Below, one piece after another: positions 55,155-64,000 of a stretch of DNA of 64,000 nt. Origin of the DNA: the human T2T-CHM13v2.0 reference genome, Homo sapiens; assembly GCF_009914755.1 (NCBI RefSeq), contig NC_060934.1. One strand, given 5' to 3'. The notes under the pieces were generated by a model, which was given only the letters and a program-made list of their open reading frames with translations, did not search any database and was not told the origin of the DNA. The first letter of the stretch is position 1, and the number at the start of each line of letters is the position of its first letter. The translations under genes and the position numbers were made by a program.

Positions 55155-57237
55155 CTTATGTGATTATTTAACTGATTTCTGCCCCTTTGCTAAATTATAA
55201 GATCTTCAAAAACCAGAACTATGTATCTTTTTGCTGAATATTTTATTCCCAGTACAAAGCACATCTGACATGAGGTTGGTAGTCAAAAAATAATTGTTGC
55301 GTGAATGGTTGTAAAATTAAATGAGCACAATTTTCAGTGAACCTGGAAAGTTTTGCCTATGGTATCACCTTCTTCTCAATATCTTATCTTCTTCCTAAGG
55401 GACACACTTCATTTATTACAGTCCATTGAAACCCATTTTCCATGAAGAGTAACCTGAAATGGAAGAAAATTCCAGAGTCATAATTTTAAATTAAGTTAGC
55501 TTGATGGCCTTCCAATAGAATGGAAGAAGCAAAGAAAGATGTTAAATTCTGCCTCCCTTTTTTTCCTCTTCCTCAAACAGCTCAGTCCTGCCTTTGTTTA
55601 CTTAAAATGTATCCAAATATTTATTTCTCAGTAGGTTTATGGGGTATTTTTAAGGTATTTGAGATGTTGTCCAGCGTAGTATATTTTTGTCTCCCACTTG
55701 GCTTTTTGGAACAGCGTTATCTCTTCGTTTTCTAAGTTGGAAATACCCTTTAAAGAAATAATCAATGCGATGATTTGAAAGCTAGGGGAAGGATAAAATA
55801 AAAGTAAACACTACCAGTTATTTTTTTAAATTGCTTCTCAAATGCCCTTCTCTGGAGGAGACTGTAAAGGCCTATTCAAGCTGAAATAATGGCTAACAGT
55901 GGCCAGTGCTGTTCCAACAGCAACACCAGGCACTAGCAAGTAATCTCTCTGTTTGGTGTGTATAATGTATGAAAAAAAGTGACTGCTTATACAATTGGAC
56001 TGATTACTTACTTTCTCTGGTGGCAGAAAGAGCATTTATCGTCCCTGTAACAAGCTTCACATGAATCAGCCTACTTTAAAGGGACTTATCTAGGGTTAGG
56101 AAAAGTATATTTTTTCAATTTCCTTTCAAATTCATTCTTATTCTAGTTGGTATATGTTTTCTTTTTGGCTAGAAAACTAAACTAACCTTCTAGAGTTTGT
56201 TTTTTTTTTAAACCTGTGATTTCATCGGTAATAAAATCAAAAGTATTTAATGCTACATACTCTTTTTAAAAGAATTCCCTTTAATTCATTGTTGGTAAAA
56301 CATTGGTCATCTGTCCAGAAGTTAGAGAATGTTTGTATGCTGTCTCAGTTTAATCACACACACTTACCAATCACATGAGACTCTAACATTACCCCTGACA
56401 ACTGTATGTGGCTACTCTAGTTCTCAATAACCCATTTATTTAAGAGCTATTGAGAATGGTATTTGCAATGTGAGGGAATGATCTGTTTCAACTAACAGAT
56501 GGAATATTTAGAGTACTATATTCTGATATCTCTTGGCATATCTCATATTCCTTCATAAATCAATTTTTAAATCACATTGAATGAAGCTTCTGGTTAGCGG
56601 GTTGCTCATTTGTCAGTTTTTCCAGTGAAAAAGATTGACCAAAAATCACTATTTACACTTCAGAAGCTTCCATACAGATTATTGCCAACTCTCTCAGGGT
56701 CCTGTGGCAAGAAAATCAATATTGGATGCACGAGAAGGTATGTGTGACCTTCCAGAAAGTAATAGAAGTGTGAGAATTGTACTGGAAAACAAAATGGAAA
56801 AAATACGTATATTACTTATATAAGCACAATGAATCACTCTGACATTCCTCAAAAGAATGAGATTTTATAGAAAACCTGTGAGAAACATAATAGCAATTCT
56901 TAAAAACCAGATTCCTCCAAAAATTGCTATGTACAATTATTTAAATATAAGTTAGAGAAACAGTAAGATAAAGTTGATTTTAAAAAAACTCTAGAAGGAG
57001 ATATATCCCTAAAACCTTAATAGCCACATGTTGTGCTAATGATAATAACTTGAACTGCTATAAATCTAAAAAAACTAAGTAGCTGCATAGGCCTTACTTT
57101 AGAGGAGCTAGCATTGGTCATCAATTGTCTATTTGGGGTCAGATAGCATGGTAGCCTCCAAGGATACAAAAATACTCCATGCTCTCAAAGAGCTTACCCT
57201 TTGGAGTTTCCATCTACTAGCATCTAAAGACTACTGA

Positions 57238-57583
<346 letters not shown>

Positions 57584-58179
57584 TGCCCAAGACTTTTAAT
57601 ATTATAATAGATTAGTCACTCGATAGAAGTTGAACACATGTGTTCTTATTTTGTTTTAACTGATTGGGTTTTAGTAAAATATTCAGTGGTCCCAGGCTAT
57701 ATGATGTTTAATCTAAGTGGAGCATTAAATGCTCAGTAGAACGTAAATGATATTCAAGTGAATAAACAAAGATTGATTGAGAAAAAATGTGGCAGTTGAC
57801 TAAAAGGAGAGGTAGATATTGAGATGGTATAGTTTTTTTTCCAAATAAAATCTTAGAGTGAATGGGAAACAATTTAAAAATAAAAGGGGTGAGAAGAGAA
57901 GGAATAGGATGGCTGTCATGTTTCCCGTTTTGCATGTGTAGGGGAGCATGTGGGCACCTGTGAGTGTGCTACTGAAACAGGAAGAGGAAGAGGGTTTCTA
58001 GAAGACAAACAACACCATGTGCCAGAGTTGTTTAGAGCTGAAATAAAGTATGAAATGTTTATCTGAGATGATAAGCTGGATAAAACAGAGGTCTGAAAAT
58101 TTGACAGACTTTGGATGGTTTAGCCTGTTTCTCCACATTTGTTGAATTTGTATGAGTTTCAGGATAGTATGGATGAAAC

Positions 58180-58416
58180 AAGAGTGTCAACCAGGGGATG
58201 ATTTGGATTTGGTTACCCTCTTCTCCCCCAGGAAACATTTAGCAATGTCTGGAGACATTTTTTATTGTCATACCTGGGGTTGGGTGTTACTCATGTCTAG
58301 TGGGTAGTGGCCAGAGGCACTACTAAACATCCCACGATACACAGGACAGGCCCTTACAACAAAGAATTGACTAATCCAAAATGGCAATACTATAGTGCCA
58401 AACATAAGAAACACTG
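58180..58416 (+). mobile_element. MER20 hAT-Charlie element
   Basis: CAATGTCTGGAGACATTTTT; CTAGTGGGTAG; CACAGGACAG; CAACAAAGAATT; AGAAACACTG. Confidence 0.9.
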
Positions 58417-59496
58417 TTCTAGACCTATTCTTCCAAAGTGTTTCCAGACTTTGTAAGAATCCAAATCCCATTTGACTACTTTTTACTTTTCTTCTAATTT
58501 AATATATTTCATCATTCACAAAGAATCAAATTATTAGTATTGATTTAATTTTGGCCTTAATAATTATTATCAGATATTACAACACTGTATCTTTCTTGGT
58601 TTCCACTGCATCTGTGTGTTTTTTAGAAGGATTCTCTGAGAAAATGTTTTGTTCTAATGGAACAGAATACCAGTCCTGATTAAAACCAGGAAAAATTAAG
58701 ACTTGGGGCTCCAAAGATATATTTTTATATTAGTCTTTTACCATTATAACCTTCCGGCTATTTTAATGCAAACTTGTTTCTGTAAAGCCATATTTTGGTT
58801 GCTATAACAACTTGATGTAGCTCTTGATGAGCTCTTCTTGCCTTAATGCTGCTTTTTAAAAAGTTGGGGTTGCTATGACTACAAAATGCTGTTTTATTTT
58901 CAGCAAGCTTTTTCCCCTTGTAAATTTGCTTTCAAAATATATATGTGTACATGCATGCATATTTGTGTGCTTCTACTTGCATGCCTTATAGAAGACTAGA
59001 CTATAGTAAAAACTGAAGTCTAAAATCACCAGAAGAAAGATAACAGTTGATTTATTTTGGTGATACTATTATTTTTAAACTGATTTTCATAATGTTAGAT
59101 GAACTCAGATTTGAGCTGTTTTTCTCCTTCTTCGAATTATGTAACTGTTTAATGACAGCTCCCCTTCTTTGTTTCATGATTTACTTCTCTTGTCCTTTGT
59201 GTTTTAATCTCTTCCTGTTTCCAAGTATTTATACCTCTGCCTTAGATGGTCATTTGAACTCTAAAAATGTGGAAGCATGTGTGTCTTAATATGCTCATTA
59301 TTATAGGTGGACTCTACTTTCTAACACTACTGATTATGGCCTTCTTCATATCAAAGGTAATAACAAAATTCCCATGGCTAAGAATCTCATTCAAATTTTG
59401 AGAAGCCATAAAGCTGGAAGTTGGGATACTTTTCTTCTATTATTAACTCTGTCACAATTAGCAATATGAGCATCTGCTAACCACAAATCTTTCTAG

Positions 59497-59812
59497 AGGA
59501 GTGCTATCCAATAGAAATAAAATACAGCCACATAGAAAATTTAAAATTTTCTAGTAGCTAAGTTAAAAAGTAAAAAGAAGCAGGTAAAATTAATTTTAAT
59601 AACGTGCTATCTCACCCAATATATCCCAAATATTATCATTTCAATCTGTAATAAATATTTTTAAATTATGAATGACATTTTAAAACTTTTTTTCTATTAA
59701 ATCTTGGAAATTCAGTAGGTACTTTACACTTACAGCACACCTCACTTCAGCTGAGCCACATTTCAACTGCTTATCAGCCACATGTGACTAGTGGCTACCA
59801 TATTAGACATAT
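59497..59812. mobile_element. MER33 hAT-Charlie element
   Basis: GTGCTATCCAATAGAAATA ... AGCCACATGTGACTAGTGGCTACCATATTAGACA. Confidence 0.85.
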
Positions 59813-59946
59813 CAAGCTTTAGATCTCAATCAAATTTAGTCATACAACAAAGTTTCTTATTTATTGTTCACTTACTAGTTTGAGGGCCCTTTGTTAAGTC
59901 TTAGGAATACTTAAATGATTAGGAAAAGTTTTTCTTAGTTCATTTT

Positions 59947-60077
59947 TGAGAGAGAGAGAGAGGAAGAGAAGATGAAGATGAAGAAGGAGGAAGAAGGAGA
60001 GAAAGGGAGGAGGAAGACAGCAGGGGGAGGGGGAAAAGAAGAAGGGAGGGAGGGAGAGAGGAAAGAAGGAGGGAAAG
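59947..60077. repeat. GA-rich polypurine tract
   Basis: About 130 nt of nearly pure purine. Confidence 0.9.
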
Positions 60078-60745
60078 CAACTGGAAAGATGCAGATTTTC
60101 AGATATTTTTTGCTATTTTATTATAATCTAATGTTATTTTATTTCATTATAATTAATTTGAGAATAAAGTAGGCATTCTGAACTACTTTAGTGTTACTTG
60201 TTCACAGTTGTATTCCCAACTTCTTGGGGAAGGGAATGTTTGGGACAGATTAGCTACTCCCCATATATTTATTGAATGAATGAATGAATCTCCTTTGTGA
60301 TTGAGTCCAAGACTAAGTAAATATTATTGTCAAGGAATAGTTTGAAAAATAAAACCGTACATGAATATTTTAGAAAGGCGAAGGGAGGAGTGGCTAACAA
60401 TTTGAAGTGAAGGGAAATAATGTAAAAGATTGTTATTCTTTCTATGTGTGTTGTTTCTCTTGCTGTGTGAAGAATTGCGTCTGTAAACAAGGAGGAGCAC
60501 ATAAATGCCTGACATTGTTTTGGTTCCACCCGGCAGGGTATGTTGCCAGAACATCATTGATGTGTCCAGATCCCTGATCACATTGCTGCTTCCATATCCC
60601 TTTCCTGCCTTTTCTCATTTGAAAAAAGCCAAATCAAAGTGAGCATGTGACCCTTTTAGCCTGCTCAGTAAAGGAGGTTTCTGTTTTCTTTTTAACCATG
60701 TGTCATTTTTTATCACCATTATTTTAGAAATAAAGTGGCAGATTG

Positions 60746-60747
<2 letters not shown>

Positions 60748-60801
<54 letters not shown>
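60748..60801. repeat. Uninterrupted poly(T), 54 nt
   Basis: Direct count. Confidence 0.97.
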
Positions 60802-60802
<1 letters not shown>

Positions 60803-61463
60803 TAAGCTGAGCCATTTTGCCTGAAATGCAGAGGTTTGGGTGATCTAATCTGATCTGGAAATCAGAGAAATAAGGGAAGCATGTTATAACTTGAGTGGAT
60901 TCCAAAATCAGGTTATAGATGATAATCTGGTCTGTGAATTAAAATGTTTGATGCTGACAGCTCTTCATATTACAAAAAATTTTAACCAGCTCCCATCATT
61001 TGTCACAGATTTTTTTAACCTCTCTTCAGTAATGCAACAAAATGTCTGGCATTTCATGTCTCATGTCTCTTCGGCCCTTGTAAATTGGAATTACATTCAA
61101 CACATTTCACTTGGAGAGTTTAAAATATAAGGTGATTTTGGAATCCTTGTTAGAGTTCCACAGTAAGACATCATTCTACATTAGCCCGAGGGGTTCGCTC
61201 AACACAAATATTAGAATATACTTGAGATTTGAACAACCCTAGGTTTCTACGATCATGTCATTTGTGTCTAAACTGGTAAATGGAACTATTGCTACTTCAA
61301 GGAGTTTTGTTTATATCGAACACTAGACAACATAGGCTAATGCTTGGTACTAAAATATATGAATCAGAAATTATTTGAGTTATTTACCATAACCTTATGT
61401 TTACTTGTAGACATTGTGAACTGTTCAACTGTTCATTCTGTTTTATCCTGTGTCACTTTGGGT

Positions 61464-61746
61464 TTTTTTTCTTTTTTTCTCTTTCCTTATTTATTGAGAT
61501 GGGATCTCACTCTGTCACCCAGGCTGGAATGTAGTGGATGATAGCGACTCACTGCAGCCTTGACCTCCTGCGTCAGCCTCGTGAGTAGCTGGAACCATGC
61601 CTGGATGATTTTTTTAATTTATTTTTTGTAAAGACAGGGTCTACCTATGTTGCCCAGGCTGGTCTCAAACTCCTGGGCTCAAGTGATCCTCCCAGCTCGG
61701 CCTCTCAAAGTGCTAGGATTGGAGACATGAGCCACTGCGCCTGGCT
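61464..61746 (-). mobile_element. AluJ with right-arm deletions
   Basis: CTCCTGGGCTCAAGTGATCCTCCC; shortened right arm. Confidence 0.92.
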
Positions 61747-61757
61747 GGCTTTGATTA

Positions 61758-61805
<48 letters not shown>

Positions 61806-61818
61806 TCATATATATATT
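61758..61818. repeat. (TA)n(TG)n(TA)n microsatellite
   Basis: About 14 TG units flanked by TA repeats. Confidence 0.95.
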
Positions 61819-61981
61819 AATTTTCCAACTGGTGACATGGGTTAAAAATTTATTAGATTATATTTATAATCATATGTATTCTTTTTCCTAGGTATAATGT
61901 TTTTAATGTGAGTCTTCTTGTACCCCCTCCCCCCAAAAAATTTTATGGGCTGCCTTTAACTTTTGGATGAAATAATTCAAG

Positions 61982-62275
61982 TTTATTTTTTCTGAGATGG
62001 AGTCTCACTCTGTTGCCTAGGCTGGAGTACAGTGGCGCAATCTGGGCTCACTGCAACCTCTGCCTCTCTGGTTCAAGCAATTCTCCTGCCTCAACCTCCT
62101 GTGTAGCTAGGATTACAAGTGCAGACCACCATGCCTGGCTAATTTTTGTATTTTTAGTAGAGACGGGGTTTCACCATGTTGGCCAGGCTGGTCTCGACCT
62201 CCTGACCTCAAGTGCTCTGCCCACCTTGGCCTCCCAAAGTGCTGGTATTTCAGGCATGAGCCACAGCATCCAGCC
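61982..62275 (-). mobile_element. AluS (Sz-like)
   Basis: CCTGACCTCAAGTG; two arms. Confidence 0.95.
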
Positions 62276-62611
62276 TCAAATTTTTAATCATTAGACTATA
62301 AGGCACACTAGAAACATGAAATTTTGGAGATGGCCGGGACTTTCAAATCAACTAGTTTAGTTATTTTCAATCTTTTTGTCTGGTGAGTTCTTTACTCAAG
62401 CTAAGTGAACCCCAAAGTTCAAACACGAAGTCAAATTGAAGAACCAAGGAAGAAGGAATGTAGGTGAAGAGGATAGGGAAAGCGCTATCCCTTTCCTGGA
62501 GTTCAATTCCAAAGCCATAAATCACTTTACCTCTATCCATTTGCTAATAAGATAAAAAGGGTTTTGTTCAAGGTCAGACAGCTCTGCCTGAAAGCCTGGT
62601 TGGTGTCTTTT

Positions 62612-62880
62612 GGATTCATTTGTTCAGCAATTATGTGAGTGCCTATTATGTATCTCACTGGTTCTTAGGATACTGGAGATCTTGGGGTACAACCATGAAC
62701 AAGTAGAGAAAGGCTTCATGCAGCTTATGATTTAGCACAGGAAGACAAATAATACACTAGTAAATGCATATTGCAGTTAATTTCAGACTGTGACCAGGTA
62801 AGGTGATGACATAGAGTGACTTTAGGAGAAGGGGTTGAGATCAGAGAAGGCCTCTTGGAGGAGGTGACATGAAGTTTGTG
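62612..62880 (-). mobile_element. L2 3' end
   Basis: ATTCATTTGTTCAGCAA; GAGTGCCTATTATGT; TCAGAGAAGGCCTCTTGGAGGAGGTGACAT. Confidence 0.8.
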
Positions 62881-63149
62881 CATACCTCTACTCCTCTATT
62901 GTCTTCAAGAGAGCTATCTTCAATTACTAGCAAGGCTGTCACGCTGGGATGGTGCAGTGGAAAGAACACTACATCCGGAATCCCAAGGTCTAGGTGTTTA
63001 CCCCACTTCTGTGTCCTTATAAGACTTTATATATTTTATTTTATTTTATATCTGTGAAATGAGAGTCATCATATCTGTACAGGATTAATGAAGATCTGGT
63101 CCCTGCCTTTTTTTTTTTTTCAGCCTTCTTAACCACCCTCTTCCTTACC

Positions 63150-63545
63150 ACACCAGTCTCTTAAACATTATTTCCCATGAATGCTAAATTTATTTATATT
63201 CTCAAGGTATTCCAAGCCTTTAAAAGAGCTGTGGTTCTCTCAGCCTGGAATGATTCCCTTTCAAGTTCCTAGTTTTTAAACTAGGAACTCATTACTCCTA
63301 TCTGAAACTTGCTCTGATTCTTTCATACAGAGGGAAGAATGATTGTTGTTTTGCCTCATTTTTTGAACCATTTAAGATGGCGTTTATAAAAGTTGTTTTT
63401 TAACCTTCTAAAATGTTGTTTCATCCCATGTATTACAATAAATAACTAATAATTATCTATGTATTCTTTCTTCCCCCATTAGATCATGAGCTCTTTAAAG
63501 GCCCAAACCATATCTGATTCACAACCACATCATGGGCTCTCGCCA
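63150..63545 (+). mobile_element. L2 fragment
   Basis: TTCTCTCAGCCTGGAATG; CCCCATTAGATCATGAGCTCTTTAAAGG. Confidence 0.6.
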
Positions 63546-63654
63546 CACAGATCAAAATCTAAAAAGGAAAGTGGATGCAATGTAAATTTTTCTTAATGCT
63601 GTGTGAGGAGAACCTTATCCAAAACGATTTCACAGAAAAGAGCATTTGTTTTGC

Positions 63655-64000
63655 TGATACGGGAGAGTTTCTTTATTCCAATCACAAGGCATGTGACAGG
63701 GGTGTGGCTCACTTCTTCGGTGCCCACTGCTCAAAACCCTAGGGGGAGCATGCAGACAGGCAGGTGCAGAGGCCTTGGGGAGTGCTTTTGGGATCTGGCC
63801 CATGGCAGTGTCCAGGACTCCCAAAGCCCAAGTGGGCGTGTGTTACAGTGCGCTCTTTCAGCTATGCCATCTGCAGATGCCTGTGTTAGTCAGCTCAATA
63901 GACCCTCTGCCTTATTGCAAGGACAGGGGGCCATTGTGACAGCCTGAGTTCTTGCCCAATGTACTGGAAGAATCAGACCACATATGGGCTGGAAGGTTGA
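63655..64000 (-). mobile_element. ERV1 LTR of the LTR27/LTR28/MER52 group (runs off window)
   Basis: Starts TGATACGGGAGAG; GTGACAGGGGTGTGGCTC, GGGGAGCATGCAGACAGGCAGGTGCAG, GACCCTCTGCCTTATTGCAAGGACAG; abrupt GC rise. Subfamily and strand uncertain. Confidence 0.75.

Noticed and set aside
63603-63947. 114-aa ORF in a GC-richer segment suggesting a promoter or first exon
   Set aside because: Lies within an ERV1 LTR, with few CpGs; not a CpG island.

Overview
AT-rich, CpG-poor primate (human-like) genomic DNA with no recognisable protein-coding gene, RNA gene or CpG island; I could not identify the locus. It reads as deep intron or gene desert filled with interspersed repeats: about 17 Alu elements, about 9 L1 fragments (one with a twin-priming inversion), a solo MER11D/HERV-K11D LTR with a 6-bp TSD, a partial ERV1 LTR at the right edge, DNA transposon fossils (MER1B, MADE2, MER5, MER44A, Tigger2a, MER53, MER20, MER33), and many MIR/L2 remnants. 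All supplied ORFs look like repeat-derived or chance frames. Repeat family names come from recalled consensus sequences, not alignments, and old-repeat boundaries are approximate. I cannot demonstrate a new biological system here. The best leads are: a compound 30-bp VNTR with 14 phased TACGTG (HIF-element core) copies; two short dispersed duplications whose units have self-complementary ends; a perfect 109-bp tandem duplication across the LTR/flank junction; a mirror-symmetric Alu cluster; and two frame-preserving candidate micro-exons.
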